Source: Candidatus Latescibacterota bacterium | Lineage (GTDB): Bacteria; Latescibacterota; UBA2968 | Direction: 5' to 3' | Length of the DNA: 64,000 nt | Assembly: GCA_965222605.1 (NCBI GenBank) | Contig: OZ244960.1 | Span: forward strand, 32,001 to 96,000 | Shown here: one piece after another, positions 29,453 to 40,133 of the stretch | Numbering within the stretch: position 1 is the first letter of the stretch | Layout of the letters: each line of letters starts with the position of its first letter | The notes under the pieces: model-generated | Databases searched by the model: none | Told to the model about the DNA's origin: nothing | Seen by the model: the letters and a program-made list of their open reading frames with translations, nothing else | Translations under genes and position numbers: made by a program

Positions 29453-30328
29453 TCAATTCTGGATCACGCGAATAGGCTTCAAGACGCCCTCGACGATATG
29501 ACCGAGACCGAGCAAAATACCCCGAGAATTTTGCACCGTTACAATATCCTGGACATCTAATAAAATATCGGTCACGGGATTGCCATTTGAAAAACGCCCT
29601 TGCTGCGCCTCTGTCAAACAAACCGAAGACAGATGGGATAAAACAGCGTGGGGATTGAGCAACATATCAGAAATACATTCTGCACGCTCGAGTTCATAAA
29701 CCGCAACACATTGTCCCAATTCAACACACCCAACCGCGGTTCTGCGAAGCGTTGATAGGTGGGCACCACATCCGAGCCGTTTACCGATGTCGTCTGCAAG
29801 CGACCGAATATAAGTGCCCTTAGAACAATGTACGTCGAGGTGCAAGAGCGGTGGTGCATAAACCGCAATATCGAGCTTATGTATGCGTACATTACGCGCG
29901 GGGCGTTCTACCTCAACACCTTTTCGGGCGAGTTCATAAAGCCTGCGCCCCCCTATGCGTATAGCCGAATACATAGGCGGAACTTGTGCAATTCGCCCCC
30001 TGAATTCGGCAACGGCGGCCTCGACTTGTGCATAATCGGTTGGAATATCCCTCGATCTGCTGGTAATCGCACCATCGGCATCGAGAGAATCGGTCGTCAT
30101 TCCCAAACGCACAACCGCGCGATATTGTTTATCGCTGTCCGTAATATAGGAACTCAGGCGCGTATAGGCCCCCAGACAGAGTAGCAAAACGCCCGTTGCC
30201 ATGGGATCAAGGGTGCCTGTGTGCCCTGCTTTTTTTATCCCAAAGTGCTTACGCACCCAACTGACGACATCTTGAGAAGTCCAGCCAGCGGGTTTGTCTA
30301 TGCCCAGAAAGCCGTTTATTGGCACCAC
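29453..30328 (-). CDS. truB: tRNA pseudouridine(55) synthase
   Basis: DKP.G.TS, GHTGTLDP.ATGVL, QVPPMYSA, CSKGTYIRSL. Confidence 0.97.
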   Translation of the reverse strand: MVPINGFLGIDKPAGWTSQDVVSWVRKHFGIKKAGHTGTLDPMATGVLLLCLGAYTRLSSYITDSDKQYRAVVRLGMTTDSLDADGAITSRSRDIPTDYAQVEAAVAEFRGRIAQVPPMYSAIRIGGRRLYELARKGVEVERPARNVRIHKLDIAVYAPPLLHLDVHCSKGTYIRSLADDIGKRLGCGAHLSTLRRTAVGCVELGQCVAVYELERAECISDMLLNPHAVLSHLSSVCLTEAQQGRFSNGNPVTDILLDVQDIVTVQNSRGILLGLGHIVEGVLKPIRVIQN

Positions 30329-30670
30329 CTATGTGTTGAGACTATTGAGCAACTGCTCGATATGCGACCCATGAGTGATGGAATCATCCCAGACAAAAAC
30401 CAACTCGGGCACATGTCGCAATTGAACGCGCTGAGCGAGCGCACGGCGCAAAAAAGACATCGCCCCCATCAGGCGTTCGAGTACCTGTGTTTGCGCCCCA
30501 GAGTCACTCATCACACTGACGTAAACCCTGGCCGTGCGCAGGTCACGAGACATCTTGACAGCCGTAATGGTGACTTCGGCAAGACCGGGGTCACGGGTTT
30601 CCATGTGCAAAATTTCACTCAGGGCAACCTGAACGGCTTTTCCCACACTTTCCTGTCGATAAGATGGCAT
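30329..30670 (-). CDS. rbfA: 30S ribosome-binding factor A
   Basis: VTIT.V.MS.DL..A.VY, LRHVPEL.F.WD.S; position after infB. Confidence 0.95.
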   Translation of the reverse strand: MPSYRQESVGKAVQVALSEILHMETRDPGLAEVTITAVKMSRDLRTARVYVSVMSDSGAQTQVLERLMGAMSFLRRALAQRVQLRHVPELVFVWDDSITHGSHIEQLLNSLNT

Positions 30671-30671
30671 G

Positions 30672-30953
30672 TCAGAGCAACTCCAGCGAATAGTCAACCA
30701 CAATAAGGCGATCTTCGCGCTCGATTAAATCAACCACCTTTGATAACACCTGATTGGCATACCGAGAGTTGTTGGCGACTGTTGCGACACCCAATTGCGC
30801 CCTTTGCCAGCGATCATTGTCGCCCAGTTCAGAAACAGAGACATTGAATTTGTTGCGCGCGCGCGTCGTGATGCTCTTGAGCACGCTGCGTTTCTGCTTC
30901 AGCGAGGCGCATTCGGGCAAATACAGGTCGAGATGACAAAAACCAATGGTCAT
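30672..30953 (-). CDS. DUF503 (YlxP-like) protein
   Basis: SLKQKRSVLKS.....RNKFNVSVSE....D.WQ; typical infB-ylxP-rbfA synteny. Confidence 0.9.
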   Translation of the reverse strand: MTIGFCHLDLYLPECASLKQKRSVLKSITTRARNKFNVSVSELGDNDRWQRAQLGVATVANNSRYANQVLSKVVDLIEREDRLIVVDYSLELL

Positions 30954-33385
30954 TAGATTGTGCGAGAAGTTTCGACAAGTTCGTAAGTTTCAATGACATC
31001 GCCGACTTTGACATCGTTAAAATTTTCGATACCAATGCCGCATTCAAAACCGTTTTGCACTTCGCTAACATCATCCTTAAAACGCCGCAAGGACCCAATG
31101 CGACCTTCGTAAATAACAACGCCATCGCGCAAAACGCGCGCGTTGGTCGTGCGGTGGATGAGTCCTTGAGAAACCAGACATCCGGCAATCGTGCCGACGC
31201 GCGGCACAGGGAAAAGCTCGCGCACCTGCGCTTCGCCCTGCACATTTTCTTCAATTTTGGGTGCCAGCAATCCAGAAAGCGCAGCGCGAATGTCTTCGAC
31301 GACTTCGTAAATCACGCGATACAAACGAATATCAACGCGTTCTCGTACTGCAACCTCTCTTGCATTTGCATCGGGACGCACATTAAATCCGATGATGATG
31401 GCATCAGAGGCCGATGCGAGCAAAATGTCAGATTCGGAGATGGCACCCACAGCGCGGTGAATCACCGATAGATGCACTTCTTCGTGCTCGATTTGCAAAA
31501 GCGCGTCTTGCAGAGCCTCGACAGACCCATCGACATCGCCTTTGATAATCAGGCGCAGTTCTTCAATATTGCCCGTTTCAATCTGATTGTGAATGTCGGA
31601 CAATGATACGCGACGTATCCGATGAAATTCTTGTTCGCGCCTGAGTTGCTGCCGTTTCTGGCTGATATCGCGGGCCTCGCGCTCATTTTCAACCACATGA
31701 AATGTATCTCCCGCCTGGGGCAACCCGGCCAATCCGAGAACCTGAACCGGACGAGAAGGACCAGCAGTTGCCACAGATAGACCGCGCTCATCGAGCATTG
31801 CGCGGACACGCCCACTGAACATGCCCGTAATAAAAGGATCACCGACTTGGAGCCTGCCTTCTTGCACGAGCACTGTTGCGATATTTCCTCGTCCACGGTC
31901 GAGTTTTGACTCCACGATCGTGCCTTTGGCGCGCTTATCGGGGTTTGCCATAAGTTCGAGCATTTCGGTTTCAAGAGCCAACAGCTCGAGCAAAGCATCG
32001 ACATTATGTCCCGTTTTGGCGGAAATTTCGCAAACTTGAACATTACCGCCATAATCTTCTACGACGACATTGTGCTCAGTCAACTCCCGTTTGATTTTGG
32101 CGGAATCGGCAGTGGGCAAATCAATTTTGTTAATTGCAATGACGAGGGGCACATTGGCCGCTTTGGCATGATCGATGGCTTCTACCGTCTGTGGCATCAC
32201 ACTATCATCTGCCGCCACGACCAGAACGACGACATCGGTTACGCTGGCACCTCTGGCGCGCATTGCCGTGAAGGCCTCGTGCCCAGGCGTATCGAGAAAA
32301 CAGATTTCACGACCGTTACTGAGTTCAACGTGATACGCGCCAATATGCTGTGTAATGCCGCCAGCTTCACCTTCCATCACATTGGTCTCTCGGATATAAT
32401 CCAAAAGAGATGTTTTCCCGTGATCCACATGCCCCATAATTGTCACTACCGGGGGCCTTGGTTTCAGGGTATCTTTAGACGCTTCTACCTCTGCTTCTTC
32501 CAATACCTCTTCACCGTATTCTTCGAGTTGCTCAACGCCAAAACCAAATTCATCGGCAACAAGCGTGATGGTGTCCATATCGAGGCGTTGGTTGATGGTC
32601 ACCACCAGGCCCAGTTTGAGACATTGTGTGATGACTTCTGTGGGGCGCACATCCATTTGAGAAGAGAGTTCGCCAACAGTTGTGAACTCATTGACTTTGA
32701 GAACTTGTCCGTCTGTGGTCTCCTCTTCTGGCTCTTCACTATCCTGACGACGGCGACGGCGCACCCGTGATGATGATGCGCCACTGGACATTTGCGCCAG
32801 TGTTCGACGCACATTTTCTGATACTTCGCGCTCATCAACGACAGGACGCTTGCGCCTGCGACGACGTTTTCGTGGAGACCGCGTGCGGCTTCTCTCTTCC
32901 TGTACGGGTTTTTCTTTGGGCTTAGCCGCATCCTGGACCTTGGGTTTTTCTTTTTTCGTTTCCGGCGCTTTTGTTTCGGGTACCTGAACCGGTGTCTGAC
33001 TGACATCTTCTACGACAACAGGCGGATAATCGGTTCGACGTCTTCTGCGCCGCGGGCGTTGCCTATTCTCGCTGCTGGTCTCGGGTTTTGCATCGGGCCG
33101 AACCGAACGGAGCCGACTCACGCGAGGTTTTTTCTTCTGAATCTCGCGTTCTTTTCTTTTATCATCCTTGCGTCTGAGTTTTCGTCGCGTTGCCTGGCGC
33201 TCTGAATCAAATTTCTCTTGCACCGCTTCGACCATGGCAGTCGTACAGACCGCCATGTGGTTTTTGACTTCAAAACCGAGGCTTCTAATCTGCTCAACCA
33301 TTGCGACGCTCGACAAATTGAACTCGCGCGCAATCTCGTAAACTCGTTTTTTCTTAGCTGCTGTTTTGACTTTTGCCTTCGCCAA
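30953..33385 (-). CDS. infB: Translation initiation factor IF-2
   Basis: [36 protein letters not shown]; TTG start at 33385 fits SD ggaggtg (alternative GTG at 33394). Confidence 0.98.
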   Translation of the reverse strand: MAKAKVKTAAKKKRVYEIAREFNLSSVAMVEQIRSLGFEVKNHMAVCTTAMVEAVQEKFDSERQATRRKLRRKDDKRKEREIQKKKPRVSRLRSVRPDAKPETSSENRQRPRRRRRRTDYPPVVVEDVSQTPVQVPETKAPETKKEKPKVQDAAKPKEKPVQEERSRTRSPRKRRRRRKRPVVDEREVSENVRRTLAQMSSGASSSRVRRRRRQDSEEPEEETTDGQVLKVNEFTTVGELSSQMDVRPTEVITQCLKLGLVVTINQRLDMDTITLVADEFGFGVEQLEEYGEEVLEEAEVEASKDTLKPRPPVVTIMGHVDHGKTSLLDYIRETNVMEGEAGGITQHIGAYHVELSNGREICFLDTPGHEAFTAMRARGASVTDVVVLVVAADDSVMPQTVEAIDHAKAANVPLVIAINKIDLPTADSAKIKRELTEHNVVVEDYGGNVQVCEISAKTGHNVDALLELLALETEMLELMANPDKRAKGTIVESKLDRGRGNIATVLVQEGRLQVGDPFITGMFSGRVRAMLDERGLSVATAGPSRPVQVLGLAGLPQAGDTFHVVENEREARDISQKRQQLRREQEFHRIRRVSLSDIHNQIETGNIEELRLIIKGDVDGSVEALQDALLQIEHEEVHLSVIHRAVGAISESDILLASASDAIIIGFNVRPDANAREVAVRERVDIRLYRVIYEVVEDIRAALSGLLAPKIEENVQGEAQVRELFPVPRVGTIAGCLVSQGLIHRTTNARVLRDGVVIYEGRIGSLRRFKDDVSEVQNGFECGIGIENFNDVKVGDVIETYELVETSRTI

Positions 33386-33400
33386 TAAGCTCACCTCCGA

Positions 33401-34762
33401 TCACTTGTCAGTTTCAGATGTCTCTTCAGTAGATTTTGCTTCCTCTGCCTCTGCTTGTAAACGCGATTGTTCTTCGCGGTAAGCAGATACTTTTGCATTG
33501 ACAATTTCCTGCGCGGTCTCTCGCAATTTCTCAGCCGTCGTTTCGCCTATGCCTGGCACTTTGAGCAATGTATTGAAGGATACACGGACGAGGTCATTGG
33601 CAGAAAAAATACCCGCGGCCTCGAGACGATCTCGCGTCACTTGCCCCGTACCGGCTACTTCGACCAATGGCACTGTTGTAGCCAGCCGTTCGGCTTGTAT
33701 TTCGTTATAACGGGTTTCCGTCATAATATCGACATGCCAGCCAGTCAACTGCGATGCCAAACGGGCGTTCTGCCCCTCTTTGCCAATAGCCAGAGAAAGC
33801 TGATCATCATCGACAATAGCCGACATGCGTTTTTCGCGTCGGTCAATCACCACGCGGCGAACTGTGGCAGGGTTCAAAGCACGCGACAAAAAGATCGCTT
33901 CGTCGTCACTCCAGGGGACAATATCTATGCGTTCACTGCTCAATTCGCGCACCACAGCCTGTACGCGTGAGCCTTTCATGCCCACACAAGCACCCACGGG
34001 ATCAATGCGCGCATCATTGGAATAAACGGCAATTTTGGCCCGCACACCCGGTTCGCGCGAAACGGCTTTTATTTCTATAACGCCTTCATAAATTTCAGGA
34101 ACCTCAAGCTGGAAAAGCCTTTCGAGAAATACGGGATGTGTGCGGCTCAACACCACCTGGGGACCTTTGGCGGTACGCAAAACATCGAGCAAGTAGGCGC
34201 GAATGGGATCCCCCTGTCGATAGCGTTCCTTTCTGATTTGCTCTTTAAGCGGAATAACCGCTTCTGTTCGCCCCAGGTTGACGAGAATATCCCCCCGACT
34301 GATTTGTTGCACAGTTCCCGAAATAATTTCTCCGATGCGTCCCTGATAATCTTCGTAGATTTTCTCGCGCTCGGCTTCCCTGACCCGCTGTACGAGTACC
34401 TGCCTTGTCGTTTGAATCGCATTGCGCCCAAAATCGGTAAAATTGAGGTGGAGTCTCAATTCCCCACCGACCTTCGCATCTGTGTCTGCTTTGCGCGCTT
34501 GTGTCACGCCAATTTGGATTCCCGGGTCTTCAACCGAGCCGTCGGCAACGATTTCTTTTACTGCTTCAACGACGATCTCTCCAGAGTTGTTGTCGAAGTT
34601 GACTTCCACATTATCCCCGGTTCCAAACCGCTTTTTTGCCGCAGAGATTAACCCCATTTCAAGGGTTTCGATAACAAGATCGCGGTTGACATTTTTTTCC
34701 TGGGCAATTTGCCTTAACGCTTCGAGAACTTCGTAATTCAAGTGAGGATCCTCCTCAACCAT
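33401..34762 (-). CDS. nusA: Transcription termination/antitermination factor NusA
   Basis: FGR.A.Q...Q, S1 domain, DPVGACVG.KGSRV, AIGK.GQN.RLA, C-terminal HhH repeats. Confidence 0.98.
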   Translation of the reverse strand: MVEEDPHLNYEVLEALRQIAQEKNVNRDLVIETLEMGLISAAKKRFGTGDNVEVNFDNNSGEIVVEAVKEIVADGSVEDPGIQIGVTQARKADTDAKVGGELRLHLNFTDFGRNAIQTTRQVLVQRVREAEREKIYEDYQGRIGEIISGTVQQISRGDILVNLGRTEAVIPLKEQIRKERYRQGDPIRAYLLDVLRTAKGPQVVLSRTHPVFLERLFQLEVPEIYEGVIEIKAVSREPGVRAKIAVYSNDARIDPVGACVGMKGSRVQAVVRELSSERIDIVPWSDDEAIFLSRALNPATVRRVVIDRREKRMSAIVDDDQLSLAIGKEGQNARLASQLTGWHVDIMTETRYNEIQAERLATTVPLVEVAGTGQVTRDRLEAAGIFSANDLVRVSFNTLLKVPGIGETTAEKLRETAQEIVNAKVSAYREEQSRLQAEAEEAKSTEETSETDK

Positions 34763-35214
34763 TACAACTCAAAATGCACAGTGGCTTTCTGAATTTTTGC
34801 GCGTTCAATAATAGTTCGTTCACCTTGTAACTCGACATCGAGATGATCGGCTTTGACCTGTAAGAGCGTTCCAACTACAACACCGAGGCCATCTACAACA
34901 AGGCGAAGTGATTTGCCGACCACCCGCTCAAAATCTCGGTCTGTCTTTAAGGGCCGCGTCAGGCCCGGGGATGAAACTTCGAGCAGATATGTGCCATCAA
35001 CCGGATCGCGCGTATCCAATATATCTGCAATATCCCGACTGAGCGCAGCACATTCATCAACTGTAATCCCATCGGGACGATCGACAAAGATGCGTACGAT
35101 TTTTCGTCTATGACCGCCAGAAACAGCCAGCTCAACCAACTCGACATCCCGAAGGTTGAGAAGCGGAAGAATCAGATGGGTCAGGGTGTCTTTGATAAGC
35201 ATTGGATAACTCAA
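34762..35214 (-). CDS. rimP: Ribosome maturation factor RimP
   Basis: GITVDECA.LSR, Y.LEVSSPGL.RPL; start uncertain. Confidence 0.95.
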   Translation of the reverse strand: MSYPMLIKDTLTHLILPLLNLRDVELVELAVSGGHRRKIVRIFVDRPDGITVDECAALSRDIADILDTRDPVDGTYLLEVSSPGLTRPLKTDRDFERVVGKSLRLVVDGLGVVVGTLLQVKADHLDVELQGERTIIERAKIQKATVHFEL

Positions 35215-35291
35215 GACTGCCGCTTTACCGCGTCTGGTGGCTATGCCGGGCCTGTGCTTACGCTGGCGGTTCTAATTACACCCCATATACT

Positions 35292-35318
35292 CAAAAGAGT
35301 GGGCAGAAGCCCACTCTG
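35292..35318 (-). promoter_or_regulatory. rimP-leader-like terminator/attenuator hairpin
   Basis: Minus strand AGAGTGGGC-TTCT-GCCCACTCT-TTT upstream of rimP-nusA-infB, resembling the GC-rich rimP leader hairpin. Confidence 0.7.
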
Positions 35319-35385
35319 TAATTAGAAACCAAATATAGAAAATTATATAGTATAACGCAAGTTTTATTTCCCCGCATCCGATGCT

Positions 35386-35742
35386 TTATCCCCCTTCTAT
35401 TAATTGCTTAAGTTCAACTAACATCCGCCGCAATTCAACCAGTGGATTTTCAACATTAGATATCGCGCCTTCAATACTCTGATTTTCCCATAAACTGTGG
35501 TCTATCTTCAGCCTTTCAACCGCTCCTTGAATCGTGTATTTCTGGGCGTAGAGCAAGTCCTTAATTGCCAAAATGACCTTGATATTTCGCTCTGTGTACG
35601 TGCGATTGCCCGACCGACCACGCCTGGGATTCAGTTGAGAAAATTCCTTTTCCCAAAACCGCAGGACATGAGATTCTACACCAGTGAGTTCCGATACCTC
35701 GCGGATCGAATAATAGAGCTTTTTTATGCCCCTTGAACGCAT
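35386..35742 (-). CDS. MerR-family transcriptional regulator
   Basis: KLYYSIREVS...GV..HVLRFWE.EF..L.P....GNR.Y; YTIQGA. Confidence 0.9.
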   Translation of the reverse strand: MRSRGIKKLYYSIREVSELTGVESHVLRFWEKEFSQLNPRRGRSGNRTYTERNIKVILAIKDLLYAQKYTIQGAVERLKIDHSLWENQSIEGAISNVENPLVELRRMLVELKQLIEGG

Positions 35743-35747
35743 AGATA

Positions 35748-37052
35748 TCACTTCTTTTTAAATAAGATACGGATGGGTATGCCGAAAAAGTCAAACGCCT
35801 GTCTGAGCCTGCGCTCTAAAAATCGACGATAGTGCACGGGAACATCCTTGGGGCGCCCGGTAAAAAAGAGAATAGTTGGCGGTGCACTGCGCGGCATAAC
35901 GCAGAAAGACATGCGAAAGACCCGTCCATTTTTTGTAGGCGGAGCCGTTGTTGCATTGAGATGCGTCAAAAAGTCGTTCAAATCGCCCGTTGAAATGCGA
36001 TGCCGACGTTTCAGTGCCACATCCAAAGCCATATCAATAACGCGCCACGCGCGTTGCCCCGTAAGTGCCGAGAGAAAAACAATGGGATAGTTTTTGAGAT
36101 GTACAAAGCGCGAACGGATTTGTTGGGCTATTTTGTCGGCTGTGTGGCCGTCTTTTTCAACCAGATCCCATTTGTTGATGCCCACGATCAGCCCTTTGCC
36201 CAGCGCGACAGCGCGTTCTGAGATTTTGACATCCTGTACTGTACACCCTTCCACTGCATCAACCAGCACAATCGCCACATCGCATCGTTCAAGGCTTTCT
36301 ACGGTACGCAGCGAACTGTAAAAATCGACTTGCTCTTTAACGCGCGTTCGCCGTCTCAAACCCGCTGTGTCAACCAGAATAAATGGCCGTCCATTGCGTT
36401 CCATCGAGAGGTCAATCGCATCGCGTGTTGTTCCTGGAATTTCGCTCACCACTACCCGCTCCCGCCCCAGCAAGCGATTCACAAAGGTGGATTTACCCAT
36501 GTTCGGGCGGCCCAATACCGCGATTCGAGGAGGCAATTCTTCTTGTGAATCGCCTGCTTCTTCTGGCAAACATGTGAGGATGTCATCCAGCAAGTCACCC
36601 GATTGCCGCCCATTAATAGCAGAAACGCACAGCGGATCGCCAAGTGCGAGACCGTAAAAGGCCGTGCCATCGGCTTCGTTCTCATCTTTATCGACTTTGT
36701 TGACAATCAGCCGATAAGGTGCGCCCAAATCCCGGATCTTGCGCGCCATAATTGCGTCGTAATCCGTAGGACCAGTCTGTGCATCAACCACAAAGAGCAA
36801 CAGGTCTGCTTCCCCAAGGACAAGCTCGACCTGTCGGGAAACCAGATCGGTGATTATTTCGTCTGAATTGGGCACATATCCACCCGTATCGACTAATGTA
36901 AAGGTTCTGCCATTCCAGGTACACTGTGCATAGTTGCGATCGCGCGTGACACCGGGAAAGGCATCTACCACAGCTTTGCGCTCGCCAATCAGCCGATTAA
37001 AAAGCGTTGACTTGCCGACATTTGGCCGCCCCACAATCGCCACGACGCCCAT
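35748..37052 (-). CDS. der: Ribosome biogenesis GTPase Der (EngA)
   Basis: Two GTPase domains (GRPNVGKS/GRPNMGKS, DTGG/DTAG, NKVD/NKWD) plus a KH-like tail. Confidence 0.98.
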   Translation of the reverse strand: MGVVAIVGRPNVGKSTLFNRLIGERKAVVDAFPGVTRDRNYAQCTWNGRTFTLVDTGGYVPNSDEIITDLVSRQVELVLGEADLLLFVVDAQTGPTDYDAIMARKIRDLGAPYRLIVNKVDKDENEADGTAFYGLALGDPLCVSAINGRQSGDLLDDILTCLPEEAGDSQEELPPRIAVLGRPNMGKSTFVNRLLGRERVVVSEIPGTTRDAIDLSMERNGRPFILVDTAGLRRRTRVKEQVDFYSSLRTVESLERCDVAIVLVDAVEGCTVQDVKISERAVALGKGLIVGINKWDLVEKDGHTADKIAQQIRSRFVHLKNYPIVFLSALTGQRAWRVIDMALDVALKRRHRISTGDLNDFLTHLNATTAPPTKNGRVFRMSFCVMPRSAPPTILFFTGRPKDVPVHYRRFLERRLRQAFDFFGIPIRILFKKK

Positions 37053-37055
37053 TGC

Positions 37056-38480
37056 CTAATTCTCCATCTGATGTGAGGAAATATACGGGTGCGCCACAAT
37101 CTCACTGCCTGCGCCCACAGAAGCCGACATACCACCAACGGCATTTTGAATGGTCTCCACCAAATCGTAAGTACCCACAATCGCCCGACATCCCACCTGC
37201 TGCTCCAGATCTTTGAGCAAGAGATCATCTAAAAATAGGCCATTGTGATTCAAGCAGTTGGGAGGTAAAAGAACGGTCTCATTGCTTCTGACACAGGCAT
37301 CTACAAGTGCGCGACCAATATCATTGCCCGACAGCAAGCCAGAAACCGTTATGCCCTTGCCAAGAAAACGATTGACGACTGGCACAACGCGAGCATCGAT
37401 CCAAGAAATTTGGTTCAAGCGTTTGACCATTGTATCTAAAAAATGCATCCCCAACATACCCGTTACAAGAACAAAACGCTGCGGCGGCAATGCTAAATTT
37501 TGGAGTTCCTCAATCCGATTCTCAAATCCATCGACAAAACGGCGAACCATGCCGATTCCGTTTTCGACAAGTGGAAACCCATCGTATTCAGATTGCGGCG
37601 GCACAGATTGGCCCGTCAGCAAATACATTTCATCGCCCAAATACACAAAGCGTGTGCCCAGACGTTTTTGGAGCATTTCCTGCCACGCTGTTATCTGGCG
37701 GATTGCCATGGCTGCATCGGCGTGCGTCACGCGGTTCAACCTGGGAAGATTTTTGCGAAATTTGGTCAAGCCCAGTGGCACAACCCCCACGGATTCAACG
37801 CGCGGATGACGCGCCGCAAGATCAAAAACCGTCTGTTTGAGTGCCTGACCATCGTTGATACCCGGGCACAATACCACTTGCGCGTGCATCTGAATTCCCT
37901 GCCTGGCTAAGATATCAATCCGATCCAAAACAGGTGTTGCCTGTCTGCGACCGAGCAACTCGGCTCGCAATTTGGGATCCGTGGCGTGAACCGAGATGTA
38001 CATTGGACTCAATTTTTGGTCAATAATGCGCTGAAATTCATCCTTAGAAAGGTTCGTCAGCGTGACATAAGCCCCATGTAGAAAAGACAATCGATAGTCG
38101 TCATCCTGGTAATACAGCGTTTTACGCAGACCTTTGGGCATCTGATGCAAAAAGCAAAAAACGCACTTGTTATCGCATTTGAGAATGGGCATATCTTCAA
38201 AATCCACGCCCAGATCGTCTTCAATATCTTTTTCAATCTCAAATAAAAATCGATCCTCGCCTCGCCGCACTAAGGCCGACACGTCTTCTTCACCCATGTG
38301 AAAACGGTAATCAATGGGATCGCGCACGGGATGTCCATTGATCGTTTCTACGACATCGCCGCGCTGCAACCCGATTGCTTCTCCAATCCCATCGGGATGT
38401 ACCAAACGGATTTGCAAACCGGTATCAACGCGTTCAACACTGCGTCGCCCCTCAACTTGTGCCCCTCTTATAACATCCAT
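37056..38480 (-). CDS. DUF512-family PDZ/radical-SAM Fe-S protein
   Basis: PDZ-like N-terminus, CDNKCVFC, DDDYRLSFL.G.Y.TLTN, ENGIG; start uncertain (38480-38522). Confidence 0.9.
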   Translation of the reverse strand: MDVIRGAQVEGRRSVERVDTGLQIRLVHPDGIGEAIGLQRGDVVETINGHPVRDPIDYRFHMGEEDVSALVRRGEDRFLFEIEKDIEDDLGVDFEDMPILKCDNKCVFCFLHQMPKGLRKTLYYQDDDYRLSFLHGAYVTLTNLSKDEFQRIIDQKLSPMYISVHATDPKLRAELLGRRQATPVLDRIDILARQGIQMHAQVVLCPGINDGQALKQTVFDLAARHPRVESVGVVPLGLTKFRKNLPRLNRVTHADAAMAIRQITAWQEMLQKRLGTRFVYLGDEMYLLTGQSVPPQSEYDGFPLVENGIGMVRRFVDGFENRIEELQNLALPPQRFVLVTGMLGMHFLDTMVKRLNQISWIDARVVPVVNRFLGKGITVSGLLSGNDIGRALVDACVRSNETVLLPPNCLNHNGLFLDDLLLKDLEQQVGCRAIVGTYDLVETIQNAVGGMSASVGAGSEIVAHPYISSHQMEN

Positions 38481-38750
38481 TTCGATTCCAGTAATTGATT
38501 GTTGGACAATGTAATATCCCAATAACTTATAAGTGTTCCTGAATTATCAAAACTTACGATAAAGCGAAAATAAGGTCAAGAAAAAAGCCGATTCTCCACT
38601 ATGCCCAAAGATTTAATATCTGACAAATTCAGAGCATCTCCTTATCTTGAATATAATCAAAATACAAAAAAAATTCTTCGGTCAACACGGTAGGTTATCC
38701 CCTTTGCGAATATATGAACGGATAACCCACTTTTGAAGAGGACACACCTC

Positions 38751-39443
38751 ATGCCCGATCACACCTGCATCTCAGTTATTATTCCGGTTTTTAACGAGCA
38801 GGATGCCATAGAAAAAGTAATTGGTGACATTCCCAGTGATCTACCTGCTGAAATCATCGTTGTCGATAATGGATCTACTGACCAAACCGCAAAATTAGCC
38901 GCCGCAATGGGCGCACGCATTGTTCGAGAAAATCGCCGGGGATACGGTTCTGCCTGCCTTGCGGGCATAGCAGCAACCAGGGAACCAGACATCGTCGTCT
39001 TTCTCGATGGCGACTACAGCGATCACCCCAACGAAATGTCAGATTTGATAGCGCCCATCCTGGAAAATCGCGCTGACCTCGTGATTGGCTCGCGCGTTTT
39101 GGGCAATAGCGAACCCGGTGCGCTGATGATTCAGGCGCGTTTTGGCAACCGTCTGGCCACCAGCCTTATCAAAATCCTCTTTGGCGTATCCTACACAGAT
39201 CTGGGACCTTTTCGAGCGATTCGCTATGGGACACTCATGGACTTAAATATGCGGGATAAAACTTTTGGATGGACAGTAGAAATGCAGGTCAAAGCAGCAA
39301 AACGGGCATTAAAAATACAAGAAGTGCCAGTAAGTTATAGAAAACGCATTGGCGTTTCCAAAATTACTGGCACTCTAAAAGGCACCCTCAAGGCAGGGTG
39401 GAAAATTTTATTTACAATTTTTAGGTACTGGTTTACAAAGTGA
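38751..39443 (+). CDS. Glycosyltransferase family 2
   Basis: ISVIIPVFNE, VVDNGSTD, GYGSAC, FLDGD.SD.P, TDLGPFRAI. Confidence 0.92.
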   Translation: MPDHTCISVIIPVFNEQDAIEKVIGDIPSDLPAEIIVVDNGSTDQTAKLAAAMGARIVRENRRGYGSACLAGIAATREPDIVVFLDGDYSDHPNEMSDLIAPILENRADLVIGSRVLGNSEPGALMIQARFGNRLATSLIKILFGVSYTDLGPFRAIRYGTLMDLNMRDKTFGWTVEMQVKAAKRALKIQEVPVSYRKRIGVSKITGTLKGTLKAGWKILFTIFRYWFTK

Positions 39444-39470
39444 GACTAAAAGCTCCCCCATCCCCGCTTC

Positions 39471-39767
39471 TCACTTCTTTGTGTCATCTATATGCTGTTC
39501 CAAACGCTTGAGTGCTTCATCTATGCGAATGTGGTCTCCTCTGTGCCGAGTGCGTTGACGCGCAATTTGATCGGCAATATCAAATGCAGCCATCAGTGCA
39601 ATCTGGGTGGTATCACCTATATTTTCGGTCTCGGCAATTTCATGCATTTTTTCATCGACAAAATTTGAAATTTTAGAGGTATATTCCTCCGATTCCTCAC
39701 TGCTGAGTACATATTCAGAGCCAAAGATCATCACCTTGGTCTTATGTAAATCATCAGAATGGGACAT
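39471..39767 (-). CDS. zapA: Cell division protein ZapA
   Basis: KVMIFGSEY.L......Y...I..FVDEKM.EI......IALMAA..IAD. Confidence 0.85.
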   Translation of the reverse strand: MSHSDDLHKTKVMIFGSEYVLSSEESEEYTSKISNFVDEKMHEIAETENIGDTTQIALMAAFDIADQIARQRTRHRGDHIRIDEALKRLEQHIDDTKK

Positions 39768-39839
39768 AGTATAACTTTACTTACGTTGTGCTGCGCGTGC
39801 AGCAGTCAGATTACCCAACTACCCCACCCCGCACTATGA

Positions 39840-40091
39840 TCACGGCTTTGCCACAAGGTCCAGGCGAACTACGCCATCGGTAGCAGGCACTTCCAATTCT
39901 ACAATCCATCCTTTGACGACCTCACTTCTCACAACTATTTCTTTGGCATCTTTTGAAATAACTTTGGCATCTTTTGACACACGCGCCAGCGCGTGACACT
40001 TGTCATCATCCACACAGAAATAACGCTGAATCCGCGCTTCGGGCATTCCCCCAAGTCTGGGACATTCGGCTTCATGTTTTTCTTTGTCCAT
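39840..40091 (-). CDS. Hypothetical protein
   Basis: Co-oriented ORF between nadD and zapA; contains a 21-bp tandem duplication (SKDAK twice). Confidence 0.55.
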   Translation of the reverse strand: MDKEKHEAECPRLGGMPEARIQRYFCVDDDKCHALARVSKDAKVISKDAKEIVVRSEVVKGWIVELEVPATDGVVRLDLVAKP

Positions 40092-40133
40092 AACAAAACC
40101 AGTCAAAAATTTTGGGTCTCTGTCCCACTACTT

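Noticed and set aside
35215-35385. tRNA often found near merR/rimP
   Set aside because: No cloverleaf or GTTCRA T-loop present.
38693-38727. GGTTATCC...GGATAACC inverted repeat before the glycosyltransferase gene
   Set aside because: A single 8-bp pair with a long spacer and no associated regulator; insufficient support.
39444-39470. 6S RNA expected downstream of zapA
   Set aside because: Only ~27 bp separate zapA from the convergent glycosyltransferase gene.
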